A stretch of DNA of 63,957 bases, filler included, from Basidioascus undulatus (GCA_000826855.1; 3 parts of 3 records of this genome joined end to end with filler, not necessarily neighbours in it), one strand, 5' to 3'; positions 50,846 through 63,290 are shown, numbered from the whole stretch's first letter. Numbers and translations are program-made. Notes: a model not told the origin generated them from the letters alone.

Positions 50846-51660
50846 ATGTCCTATATGCATCCCTCTCGCCGGGCGCGTATCGCGCACGAGAACCTCACCA
50901 CCTACTATCCTTCCCTCCTCGCCGCCCACCCCACTCTCGCGGCGTCAATCGGCTCTTCCACCCTCTACACCTCCCCCACAGAGCTATATATTGACGGAAT
51001 AAAGGCCCAGGAGCCCTTCCATCTTCCCACCTTCCAAATCTTCCGCCTTCCTCCACTCGAAGCCGCCTCGCAACTCCTCTCCACCGCGCCCAGCTCTGGC
51101 CAAACCTCCTGCATCCTCAACCTCGCGTCCCCCTCGCGTCCCGGCGGAGGAGGCTTCCTCTCTGGCGCCACAGGGCTGGAATGCTGGATGTGCAGACGTT
51201 CTACGCTCTACATCCATCTGCGCCCTTCGTTCTATCCGCTCCCGCCCGGCGCAGTCATGTACAGCTCGGGAGTTTGCATCTTTCGGGGTCCAGACGAGGA
51301 GGACTGCAAGGTCTTGGCTGCGCAGGAGAGGTTCGAGGTGAATGTTCTGAGTGTTAATGCTGTAGGGGAGGAGGTGGGGGAGGTGAGGGAGACGATGATA
51401 TCGGTGCTGCGAGCCTCAAGACGGCATGGGCAGCGGGTGCTCGTGCTCATGCCACTGCCCTTGCTGGGAGAGGCGGCGGAGAAGCAAGGAAGCGTTGAGG
51501 TAGGCCTGGCCTTTTTTGGGTACTGAATATATAAAACAGCTGAAGATAGATTGGGCTTCTCATTATGCAGCTATGGAAGCAGGCGCTGGAGGGGCCCGAC
51601 TTTCGGGGAGCTTTCGATACGGTCGCGTTCGCAATGGGGACCTGTAGCATGGGAGAATAG
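50846..51660 (+). CDS. Microbial-type PARG (DUF2263/TIGR02452) macrodomain protein, degenerate catalytic motif
   Basis: RIAHENL, ILNLASPSRPGGGGFLSGATGLECWMCRRSTLY, YSSGVCIFR, GQRVLVL, and second exon FRGAFDTVAFA. Confidence 0.8.
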
Positions 51661-52046
51661 CATAAAATAGCTTGATGGGCTTTCTTGATGTGGTGAAGTG
51701 GCAGGATTGGCACGAGCAATACAGGTATTAGGGCATGTGAAACTGTTGCTGTACGGCATGGATGCATAACTGTCGAGTTCAAGAGTCTTCTGGCCATATG
51801 CGGGGATCAATCCCTTCATAAAAAGTGCAGCGTCTGTGTATTTCTTCCCCCAAATATGCAAATGAAGTGGTGGAAAGCAGTGCAAAATGGACTGTTGTTA
51901 TCAGAGAAACGCACGTGACGCCACTCTTGAGGTCCTCGAAGTCGACCTTCGTCTCTTGCCCGGAGACCACCATCACATACACGCGCCCACACGCCCGAAC
52001 ATCACTTTGTCCCCATGCTACATTCCCCAATATTTATCAGCGCGCA

Positions 52047-53408
52047 ATGACCCCCTGCCCGAGCTGCAACAAGGCCAAGGACTGCTTCCTCTGCGCTCCT
52101 TGCCTCCGTGCGCCCATCTCTCCCTGCCGGCCTGTCCTCAGCTCACCAAAGTTGTTCCATCTTGCTCATCACAGGCCGAGATGTGTCGGACGCAGTGAGG
52201 CAGACGCAAAACCTCCGCAATTCCGCCTCGCGCGCGGCGGCTCGGCTCGTGCAAGGCGGGGCACACGAGTCGGCTGCGCGTGAGGCGAGGGCGGAAGAGT
52301 GGGCGCTGGCGAGGCGGGTCGAGTGGATCGATTCAGCTGTGCAGTCGGAGAGGGAAGAGATGGAGAAGCGTGCGTTCCTTGGATCCCTTCAAAGCACTCC
52401 TTCACAGCTCATCTCCCCTATAACAGGCCGCGCGCGCCTCTCTACCCTGCGCGCCTCTCTCGAATCCCGACGCACCGCCCTCGTCTCCGCGCGCTCCGCG
52501 CCGCCACGAGATCTCGAGCGGGAGATCGAGCGCGCGCGGGCTGCGTACGCGTCCACAGCGGACGAGCTACGCGACGCGCGCGCTGTGCTCTGCCGGGAGG
52601 TCGTGCAGCTGTTCGGGATCCAGCCTGCGCGGGGCGGCGGGGGGGCTGGCGCGGGCAGGGAGGACCAGGTGGATTGGGAAATCGGAGGGATCACTCTGCC
52701 GTTGTCCGGAGATCTACAACGTGCGTTCCGCTTTCTCTGCTTGTGCGACGGCTGGAAGCCCTGACGCGTTGAGCTGTTCGACAGGTCATCCACCTCACCA
52801 TCTAACATATACGACCTACCTCCTCCTCCAAGCGCTTCACCTCCTCACCTCCTACCTCTCCCTCCCACTCCCCTTCCCTTCCTCCTCCACCTCCCTCCTC
52901 TCCCCCTCCCTTCGATCTTCCTCTTCCTCCGCCAGCGTGCGCTCCTACCCGCTCCGCCTCAGCTCCAACAGCGTAAGCAGCAGCAGCACCCGCGCGTTCG
53001 AGCACGCGTTCGGCATGCTCTGCTACGATGTCGCGTGGGTGTGCTTCACGCAGGGCTTGGACGTCGGCCTGACGCGCGCTGGCGCACCGCTGCGGAATCT
53101 GAATGCCCTTCTCGCATCGCCATATCTCGGACAGTGCGTCTGGCTGCTCTACCCTCTCCCTCAATCCCCCTATCATCTGACACGCCCGATCCCCCTCCAG
53201 ACGCTCCTTTGGCTCCCCCCACACCTCCCGCCCAGTCCGGTCCTTCGCCTCCTTCCCCATCGACTTCGACCAGTTCCTCCAGACCCAAAGTGCCGCTGCG
53301 CCCGGACAACGCCGCGCACAGGGCCGGGCAGCACTGTCGGTGCAGACGCAGGGGGAGGACGAGTGGGACTTGGTTGAGAGCGCGGGCGCGGACGAGGGTG
53401 TTGGTTGA
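52047..53408 (+). CDS. Atg14/UVRAG(Vps38)-family PI3K complex subunit
   Basis: N-terminal CPSC..CAPC zinc motif, coiled coil, RAVLCREVVQLF, WEIGGITLP, LLTSYLSLPLPF, GMLCYDVAWVCFTQG and acidic EDEWDLV end. Confidence 0.78.
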
Positions 53409-54089
53409 CCGTGAGCAGGAGGGGAAGGAAGACAGCTACGGGGAACAGATATATTGTCAAATCGCCCAAGGAGTGAGGCCTGCCTGTGACGTAGCAACTT
53501 TCAGCAACGAAACGTCCTGCATCTGCCGTCTTGCATGCCGCATGGCACATCGTTCTCGTACTCGTAGCCACATAGGAATCTGTGGGGATCTACCGTCTCC
53601 GTATCCCACACACTCGTACAAATTAATACATAGTGCACTTGCCTCGCAAGGACGGTATCACCAAGGTATCACACATGGAGGCGACTCCGAGGTCAATTGC
53701 GGTGGTATTGGTTTCGACTGCCCCGAGCGCAGATGTGCCGCAGGTCATCGGAGTCGTAATGCGCCAAGGGGTGGCCCAATATCGTCGCATCTGAAGCGAA
53801 AGCTGGCGTTGTATGACTTGAGGAGAAGTAAGAATCTGCCTTCTTACATTCCATTGACACAGTCTGTCGGACTGGCCTGTAGCTCTTCCAGCGACTCTAC
53901 GTCTGTGGGCGTGTGCGTTTGTTTAACTACCTGTGATTGTCAAATCGCTGCTTGGCAGTACGAGCTGTACTGCATGCTTCGCATCAAAATGAAAACGGGA
54001 TGTCGGACCGTCGTGTCCGTGCCTCCGTGGCTGAAGGGACAATGGCCCGTCTGGAGCCGCATTTACACCTCATCTTATTCCCCGACAGG

Positions 54090-56420
54090 TCTTCTTTATC
54101 CTTCAATCTTTCCGGACGCAGTACAAAATGCTGCCTCTGCCTGCGGACTATTCTCTTTTGTTCCCGTACGTTAGAGCACCCCCAGGCTGACGGAGACGCC
54201 CCACATCCCATAGCAAACTCGACTCCAACGGCTGTATGTGTCCATCCTCACGAAGTGTAATTCAAGCTGACGGCAAGACATTGCACAGTCATCGACGACG
54301 TTGGCAGCTTGGAGATGACGTGCAACAAGTACGGTCCCGGTACGTCGGCGAGGTGAGAGGAGGTGGGATGTCGATCACTGAAAGTGGACTATGGCAGGCA
54401 CCACTAACGACCCGGCACCCCTCACGCAGGACGTCGCTGCTGGGGCGATCACTACGTTCCAATGGGGCAGCAATTGGCCTGCCGGACATGACGGTCCTGT
54501 GGTACGCTTACTTGCGTTTTCAGCCGATGGAGCGCTGCTGACTGAGCGCAATGCAGATTAACTACCTGGCCAAGTCTGCTGCCCCCACAGTTCTTGTATA
54601 ATCGCACTTTTCAGACTGACGAAATATCTGCAGTGCGATTAACGACGACTGTACCAGCTTCGCTGGGTGCGGCCGTTAAAACTGAGCGCCCATTTTGGAC
54701 GCATGCTGAGCCGCTATTTCTACAGCGACGCTGCAGTCTGGTTCAAATTGGCGAATCGGGACGTGAAGACGGGGTTTGGGCCAGCCAGAAGATGGTCGAT
54801 CGTGCGCCCGAGATTTTTGTCGTCTGACAGGGGAACCGGTGCGCAAGATGGGAGGAAGTGGACGATCACCTCGCTGTGTGCACCAACCCACCTCCTGTTA
54901 AACCTGACGTTTACAGTCTGGCGGATGGCGCATACGTTATGCGTCACGAAAATATCGCGGTGAGCTGCAGCGTGCATCGGGTTCCCCCGGTCCTCACCTG
55001 ACTCGATCATCGTCAGTTGCACCGAGCTGGGAGCAAGGGCGGCGCACAGATGTACCCGAGCTGCCACCAGATGAACATCTCCGGTGGAAGCGGAGCGACG
55101 ACTCCCAAGGGATACGAGATCCCAGGAATCTACCCCGGCCTCCTCAAGTGCGTTGCTGAGATCATTCGCTGGGACCTTGAGGACCGCTGACAGTCGTTTC
55201 ACCGAGCATTTACCAAACTGACTTCGATAACAACCCCTATGTAATCCGTACAGCCGGACCTGCGCTCTACAACGCAGACGGGTCCGGCTCGGGATCAAGC
55301 TCCACTGCCAGCCCCAGCCCTAGCTCCAGCTCGCCTGCATCAACGTCGAGCGCGGTACAGGGTACCACCACCGCTGTGGGGCCTGCTCCGTCTAACACCA
55401 CTTCTGCGCTTGCGGAGAGCAGCCCCGTCGCAGAGGCTAGCGCTGTTCCGACGACTGCCAGCGGCCGCACGACCGCCGCTCCCACCTCGGCTTCTGCTTC
55501 ATCTTCCAGGTTAGCCTAGCTTTGCATTCCAGTTGAAAATAGAACTAGTTTACAGAGGGCTGGGCTTGATTGACAGCTCTGCGCTTACCACCACGTCTGA
55601 GGCTGAGGAGCCTGAGGACAGTGCGTGACCCACCGACGAGTGCGCATAGTTCATGGCTGGTTGGCTGCGCAGCGCGATACGACTGACCTTCTTATGTAAT
55701 TGCAGTGGGGACGGGGAGGAGACGACCACTACTGCAGCAGCGACGAGCGCTCCGGCTGAGACGACGGCGACGCCTTCGACGACGTCCGTTGCCGATGAGG
55801 ATCCCGCAGAGTCAGCTTGCCCCACCGACGATGGGTAAGTAGTTCCCCTTAATTAATTCTTGAGTCTTTGTTAAGCTGACATTTGCACTTGTGCAGCGAG
55901 GGTGAGGACGACGAGGGCGCGACCAGTGCAACTGCCGCCCCCACTTCCGCGAGTGCGAGCGAAGTCGCTTCTGCGCCGTCTGCCTCCTCCGTCGCCAGGT
56001 CTGTCCTGTTGAAATTTCCCTTTCTCCTAGCTGTAAGTTAACTACACACACTTTCAGTGCCGTTTCGTCTGCTCCGGTTGCTAGCTGTCGTTGCGGATGC
56101 CAACACCTGCTGCAACCGTGAGCCGTCACCCTGTTGCCCTTCCGATTGCACATTGGCTAATTGGTCTTCTGTAGATATGAACAAGTGCATCAGCCAGGAA
56201 ACAACAAGGTAAACGGCGGTGGCGACTTCAGCAGCTGCTACAGCGCGCGTGACTGTGTGTTTCCATATTCGACTTCTCGGACATTTTCACCAGGACTTTT
56301 CACTGACCAAGGGCACGCTTCTTTCCTCAGTCTGCCTTGCTACCGTCCCCGCCTCACGTTATCGCCGTCAGGTGATGCGTAAGGTGGCTAGTCGTCACTG
56401 AGCGGGTTGCGGGTGCTTCG
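54090..56420 (+). pseudogene. AA9 (GH61) lytic polysaccharide monooxygenase with Ser/Thr linker and Cys-containing tail, frameshifted
   Basis: MTCN, FQWGSNWPAGHDGPV|INYLA, WFK, GAYVMRHENIA|LH, GAQMYPSCHQ, IPG.Y. Indels near 54570-54640 and 54745; no signal peptide plus His1 found. Ends approximate. Confidence 0.8.
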
Positions 56421-56759
56421 ATGTAGCATCCGGCCTGTCCCCAGCGCGAGCACGTTCACTAGTGTCTGTAGCAGGCCATGCAGTTTTTGTTTTTTTTTGT
56501 TTGTATTGACTGCTTTTCTATTCACAAACGCAAAGAGTCGACACACAAGTTTGTTCGATGTCCCGCCGAAGCTTCCGAAGGCATATGACAGAAGCAACAA
56601 GACAGGGGAGTCAGTGCAGCACAACCATGCAATTTCGTTTGAGGAACAAGAATCTGCTACAAATCCCAGTGACTCCTGAGCGCGAGGTACAAGCGGGGAG
56701 GGAACCGCGCATAGGGAGGATGTTTCTGGCCTGCAGCGACGTCGTCAACACGACCGCGA

Positions 56760-57878
56760 GTGAAATGTAAAGTTGGCATCCTGTTAGGCCAAAAGGAAAA
56801 CGTATCAAGAAGATTTATCAACTCCATGTTCTCCCTGGCCTCTCGGAGATCATTCGTTTCGCCGCCTTGCTGCACCGACAACTCCTCGACAGCCAGGAAC
56901 CATGCCCTCGCCCAGCGGTACCGTTCAATGCCCCTGCAGGCGACGCCCCAGTTCGAATATGCCAGGGGTAAAAAGGACTTGAGGTGCTTGCGACATTCTC
57001 GATCGATTTGAACTTCGCATTGAGCTCTTCTTGCTCCGCCGGACGAACAGGAAGCAGTTCCTCAATCGAGGCGAAAGTGAGGCCCATTTGCATCCTGAAA
57101 AGTCTCCTGCCTCGATTTCGTCCGACGGGCGATTGCACACGGCACAGGAGCACTTGAACCCATAGCTCTGCTGAAGGGATTCACGGCGAGTATCGCGAGG
57201 ATGAAGCCCTCGGCACCGAGATAGCAGTAGCTGAGCTCCGCGTGGGCCGGAATGTCACCAACCGCTCGAAGTCCTGCGCAGCAGATAGACGGATTCCAGA
57301 AATAAGCGAGTGTGGGCGGGCACGAATGCTGCATATCCGCGAAGGCAGGGAAGACGCCCGCGAGAGCGTCAGGAACGCCAGGGAGGTCGATCGCCATCAT
57401 GTGGGTATTGAGAATGCGGACGATATCCAGCCACGACCTGGGTTGGGTTCCCGGTGGGAGAGGTTGGGTATCTTTTAGTTTAAAGAAAGCCTCGCGTCCC
57501 GCGGGCGAGAGCATCGCGACAGCGAGTTCCTCGGTAACACCGGCGTCGTGCTGAGGGATGAATCTTTTGAGAGTAACGTAAAGAGGCCTCTCCACGTTTG
57601 ATTAGGCGTGATGCGAAAAGGCCAGTCGTGAAATCTGGATACAAGCCGGATTGCAATACCGGTAGCGAAGCGATCGACGAAGGGCGGTATGAAGGGGCCC
57701 ACGCGGGATGATCGGCCAATGTGAGTTTCGCGGATCTGTCAGCACGAAGACGGTGTCATGCGATGGTAAAGTGAAGACGGAAACATTGGGCGCGGACGAG
57801 GGGTCCATGCCGATCTGGAGGGGGTTGTTGAAGAGCTGCGGCGGAGCCGAGCGCACGAGCGAATAGAGGTGCGGACAT
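56760..57878 (-). pseudogene. SET-domain protein, frameshifted
   Basis: ERPL, GVFPAFADMQHSCPPT, LRAVGDIPAHAELSYCY; the post-SET YGFKCSCAVC lies in a different frame. Ends approximate. Confidence 0.7.
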
Positions 57879-58810
57879 CGATCGAAAATGTGCTAAAGAT
57901 GCAAGGCAGATGTGGACTAAGCTTGTGAATGGAGGGAAAGACGAAGGAGCGGAAAGAGAAGACACAAAGGTCGGATTGAAATCTTCCCTATCGGACGTCA
58001 CAGAACTCACAAGAAGTTCGCCACACCCTTTCACCGAGCAGAAGCTCGTCGAAAACTACTCAACAGCAATCGGGGCGTTGAACAATCATCTTATCCCCTA
58101 CACATTCAATTACAACAGGATACCTGTGCCTGAACCACCGGTCGGACGCAGCAAGAAGTTCTGCAGCAAGAAGTTCTTCTGGCACTTGGGGTTATGGACC
58201 AAACGCGTGAGCAAACGCCTTATATGTTTATCTGATACATCAAAGAGTACACCAACTCGTTGAATGTGAACACAATCAAGACTGTGCTCCTTGTGTTGGT
58301 TGTGCATACTTTTGCATATAGAACTGATATGCGTTTCTTGTCGTCTTTTCCCTTTCAGAACACACTGCACAAATGCAGGGAATGCCTGTTGCAGTCTTGT
58401 GTACTTGCGACCGGGTGCCGAGCGACCACGGATCTCCTGCACCCATTCCGGATCTTCTCTTCGTAATACCCTCCATGCTGGAAGGGGCAGTGGAAGTCCT
58501 TATTTCTGACAAGGCTATGTCAACGCGGTAGACTACGAGGTAGACTATTTAATTACCGCGGACTGGGAGCCCATTTCAGAATTTCTGGAGATTTCTGTGT
58601 GGATAAGAATTTGAGTGCCACGGAATAACCCAGAACATTTGATATTCCGCGTGCCAATTGGTTGGGGCAAGCCGTGGGCTGAGCAGGACCCTCCCTCCGC
58701 CTGGGTCCGCCAGCGCGTTCCTTGTCGACTTACCCTCACCATCGCCACTTGACTCTTTATTCGTCCACTCGATCGACTGATACTCTTGAGCTCTCTCGCA
58801 TACCATCGCC

Positions 58811-59979
58811 ATGCACCTCCACTTCCGCACCGAGACCATTAACGATCACGATCCGCGCATCTTTCGGCCTTTCAGGCAATTGCTCGATCAGCGATCTTAG
58901 CGATCCTGCAAACAAGCCGCTCACCTTCAGTGTCCCGGATGGTGTCGAGATCTCTGCGTATTGTGCCGGCATAGTGGACAGTTAACTTTCTGAGACCAAC
59001 CTTTCGATTGCCTCGCAAGGCGCACCGCTGAACCCCGACAAGCTCCTTGCGTCTCGCCTCATGATGAACTCTTGTCGATCTTGCATTTTCGCGGTCGTAC
59101 TCTTGTCCTGTGGCAAGGCCTGATGGGGGCTCTGCCTAGACTGGATATCCTCTTTCCGCCAAGCTAGGGCGCCCAAGCTCCTCCGGAGGTTATCATTCTC
59201 TCTGCTTTTGAAAGCTTCAAGGACTCACTCCTCGAAGCCACGCGGGAACTTCCCGAGTCGGCGGAAGCCATGCACCAACGAGTACAAATGGCTATCATCG
59301 CCAACTTCACGCATATCTCCGGCGTCAGACCGACCATACTATATCCTGGTCCTCCAAAGCGCATCGCCTGGAACGCCTCATTGATGATCTCCAAAGACGG
59401 CAGCATCACCGCCTTTTGCCCAGAGTTGAGTGCTCGTGTTGTACACCTCTCAAACTCGAAATATATTTATGATTCCACACTCAGGAGCTGCGTCGAAAGG
59501 CCAGCCTGATCCACGAGATGCCCTTCGTAGTCGGCCAGGTGGGCCTGGCACAAACGTGGTTACAGTTTGACCGTGGCCGTGCAACGCCGCCCCCGCCTCC
59601 CGACGACCTTACGCGTTGCTTGCTGCGCAGCGTGCGGCCTGCGTGAGCCCAGTTCGACACAATCCGGCATCCGGCGCGGGAGTGTGAATCCGCTGTTGCT
59701 CGATGCCTCGCTTAACATGCCGCAGGTTGACTTGCTGAAAGGTCTCTGTGTGAGCTCATAATTCTAGGCTTCATCAGCCGGTCGTGGTGCGAGGTCTGCG
59801 GCGAGCCCTGCAACTCGATGTGCGATCGCTGCAAGGGCGCTGTTTACTGCTCGGTCGCGCACCAGGGCCAGGACTGGCCCAAGCACAAGAAGGTGTGATC
59901 CTCTCTTCTCTGTTTCTCGAAGTCGCGAGTGCTGAGCGACGGCTTCCGGTAGTGGTGCAAGGCCAACCGTCTTCAGTGA
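58811..59979 (+). CDS. Protein with C-terminal MYND zinc finger
   Basis: CEVCGEPCNSMCDRCKGAVYCSVAHQGQDWPKHKK|WCK from 59788. Upstream exons inferred and start uncertain. Confidence 0.72.
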
Positions 59980-60505
59980 GGGGAGAAGTTACTTGAGGCG
60001 GCGGGCGACGGCTTGCTCGACTGAAATGACGCGCGTTCTCGTTTGCATGTAAAATGTCGTTGATGTTTGTTCGTACGTGTTCGTCTGCTTGCCGTCGTTG
60101 GCTCGCCCGCAGCGCGCATGTTGCTATGCCCTCGAGACCTAACGCGTGCTGTCCAGACGCACTGCATTTCACTTGCAAAGCGGGCTCTGATTGCTGTTTG
60201 GTTTCAGACCAGATAAACGTCTCCGAGGCGCGGACTGGGAACTGGTACAATCACCAGCAACCGAGCCTCCATAAGCAGAAGCGCCAGCGGACGTGTCAGA
60301 GATGTATGCAGGGCTATTAGCGCAAGTCCCCAGAAGCCAAAGAAAAGCGGAGAGTAGAAGAGTAGCTGCCAGAAGCGTTCAAAACGAAAGGGAAGAATGA
60401 AATGAAACCATGTGTGGAGACCAGTCCGACAGCGAAGGAAGGGAATGTTGCGAGTGCAGCCGTACAAAGAAAAGAAAAGAAAAGAAGTTTGGATGTCCAA
60501 CAAGA

Positions 60506-62163
60506 TCAGCCTCTCTCCTCATCCGACGACTCTGCATCCTCCTCCTTCGCGATCGGCCCGACGTCCGCGAGCTGGCGCGGGAGCATGGACGTTATCCGCC
60601 GACGCGGGATGGGATCCGCTGCGTCGGTGGGGTATTCAGAGGATGCGCTCGTTTCGGAGAGGTTTTTCGGCGAGGATGGCTCGGCGTCGGCAGTGGCGGA
60701 GGGAGCGGGCGGGACGAAGAGTAAGTCGAGCGGGACGAGCGAGTACGTCTCTGAGAGGCGGAGGAAGCGCGCGTAGAGTGACGACTCGGCCTCGCAGGCG
60801 GTGAAGACTTCCTGTTTGTTTACAATGAAGTCGGGTTTGAGCAGTGAGACTTCCTTATGAGGCGTGCGTGATACGCACCCGGTGATGGAAGTATGCATGC
60901 GCGAAAATGCGCGACAGCCTTCGTGCGATAGCGGAAAAGTTTCTCACAGACGGTTGAGGGATGGACAGTCTGAAGTAACGTTCTCAGCAACAGGCACGGC
61001 ATGATCATGCGGCGGCTCTGCATACCGTGAAGGGAAGACGCGCGGGTTGTTGAGCAATGCGGTGGCGCCGTCGAGGGTATGATGGATCTGCGAGACGTTT
61101 GTTGGGATGAGCGGTAAAAACTGTGTACCAAAACCGAGACAGGTGCGTACATAGTCGATCGCTGCGCAACTCTGTAAGGTGCAGGTATGTCGGGTAAGAG
61201 GAGGTCCGGAAACTGATCAAGCGCTCCGAAGGACTCGAACGTACTGTGCTCGTATTCCCTTCATGCGCCACACACTACCCACATCGTACCATGCCCCTGT
61301 AAGCTCCCGCATTCATCAAAACGAAATCGAGGATAGCGCACCAGGTACAGCCATTCGCCCGCTTTCATCTCCGGGCAGCTCTCCCTGCTGCACACTTCCT
61401 GCAATTGCGCCACCCATGGCGCATTCAGATCCCGCCCCAGTCGTCTACAAAACAAAGAACGAGCCGTCAGCCTCGGACTGCTACACCGGATACGCGGTCT
61501 CGACGCACCGCAACTGCTCGAACACCCAGACATCGCGGTCGGCGTCAGAGGGCAGGTCGACAATCTCGTCGAGCGCGTGGGGTCCGCGATAGGATATAAG
61601 GTGTGAGAGGTGTTCCTGCAGCTGGAATGCGGAGTTGAGGGAGGACAGAGGCGGAAGAGCCGGGGGAGGGCGCGGGTGGAGCGCCTGCGGTCAGCAAGTC
61701 AGGGTCAGTCGCCTGGTCCCAACATGCATGCGGGCTAATCCCAGCGGTCCACAGAGTATCGTAGACCTGGAACGCTACCTGCTGAGCAGCACGGCATCGC
61801 GTATCCGACCTGCGAACTTCGCTTCGGCACCCGCGCAGCTAGTTCGCAACGACTCACCTCATTCCGCATCCCTCGTCTTACGCGCCTCCTCACCCGCTTC
61901 GAAGCGTCCTTAATGTCGCCTCCCTCCTTCTCCAGCGCACCCGTCTCTCTCTCCATTGCCTTGGGCGGCGAAGGCGCGCCGGTGTCCCTCTCCTTTCCCT
62001 TCGGCGGGCTCGCGGCCTGCGCTGCCTGCTCGGTCGGCTGGGGAGGAGCAAATGCGGCCGCGAGGGGAATGTTTTTCGGTGGTTGGGGTGCGGACGACTT
62101 GCGCCTGCTTTTGACACGGAGTGATGCTGAAGGGGCGAGAAGAGTGGGAGCGGAGAGGGACAT
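60506..62163 (-). CDS. MOB4: MOB4/phocein (Mob3) STRIPAK subunit
   Basis: LNSAFQLQEHL, DVWVFEQLR, MKAGEWLYL, CAIDY, HTLDGATALLN, RRLSRIFAHAYFHH, CEAESSLYARF. Confidence 0.85.
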
Positions 62164-62669
62164 TGTCGGCTGGAGCGCGGGCTTGGCGCTGGACCGGGTG
62201 GATGGTTCGTGGCTGGGTCGTTACGGAGTCGTTACTGAATGAGAAATATAGCCTCCTGGGTGGAAACTACGACGTAAACAGGACTACAAGGTTGTGGAAG
62301 GAAAAGGCGGTGGTGGTGCAAGTTCAAGGGGCTGGACAGGGGACGACCGTGTGAAGCATGCGCGTTGGGCTCGGGCGCGGGGGCGCGACCCAGCGTCCAG
62401 CTCAGGCGTCGCGTCTTCGTTGCCGACTCTTTCTTGACTACTTGTGAGCTTTCCCAAAGTGTATTGAGGTCCAGAACTATCCCATGATCCTATGACAATG
62501 TAAACTTCGAGATTCTTCAGGGGTACGTTGAGGGTTTCAACACGTAGACGGCCGACCTACGCAGCTGTTTATGGTAATGTTTAATCTCATGAATTCATGT
62601 CGTATCAGAGATGTCACCAAACAAGGCTCTGGAACGGATCAAAAGTGAAGTTGACAAAGAAACAGCTCA

Positions 62670-63290
62670 ACAAGCCTACTTTGTGCCCTCCCAAGCCTTG
62701 CTCTACTTGTCCTTCCTGACCTCCCTGTTCACAGCCTGCACCGACTTGCTCGCATCCCAGCTACGTCCCTTGACCCCCTGGCCCATCCTACCAAGCACAA
62801 TCTCCTAAGGTTGCACTTTGGGGAGCTTGTTGGGCTTTCCTATGGTAGCCCTGCTCCAGTCAAGCTCAGGGGACGATGCTGATTTGCACTTCTTGCAGTC
62901 GAGAGATGAAGGGGAGGGCCCTCCTGGATGACCTTCAATTCAGACAGCTGGGAGGAGGGCTTGGCTAACACTTCCAAAGCTTTAGCATCAATCAAAGGGA
63001 AAGAGCCACTTGAAATACCAGGGAAAGGCAAGCCAGTCTGGCAGTGCAGTTGCTGACCTCTGCCCTGTAGCTGATGAGGTGCACCTCAGACACCCAAGTG
63101 CAACCTTCATCAGGTGTACGGTTATAGTAGATGATATTCCAGTATGTCAGTATTTGAGAGAAGGATTGAGGGGCACAGAATGAAAAGATACTTGCCCTTC
63201 CAGAGCATTTGATAGTAGTCCTTTTCGACCTTGTGCCCTACAATTTTCTCCACTTCAAGCTCAATTTTCTCCACTTCAAGCTGGAATTTT
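62670..63290 (-). pseudogene. Degenerate chromodomain-containing relic in CpG-poor DNA
   Basis: LEVEKIVGHKVEKDYYQMLWKG ... TPDEGCTWVSEVHL chromodomain pattern; 21-nt tandem duplication at 63241-63282; downstream stops. Confidence 0.6.

Noticed and set aside
12218..53408. VPS15, inositol 5-phosphatase and Atg14-like genes as a phosphoinositide gene cluster
   Set aside because: They are separated by many unrelated genes and by artificial contig joins.
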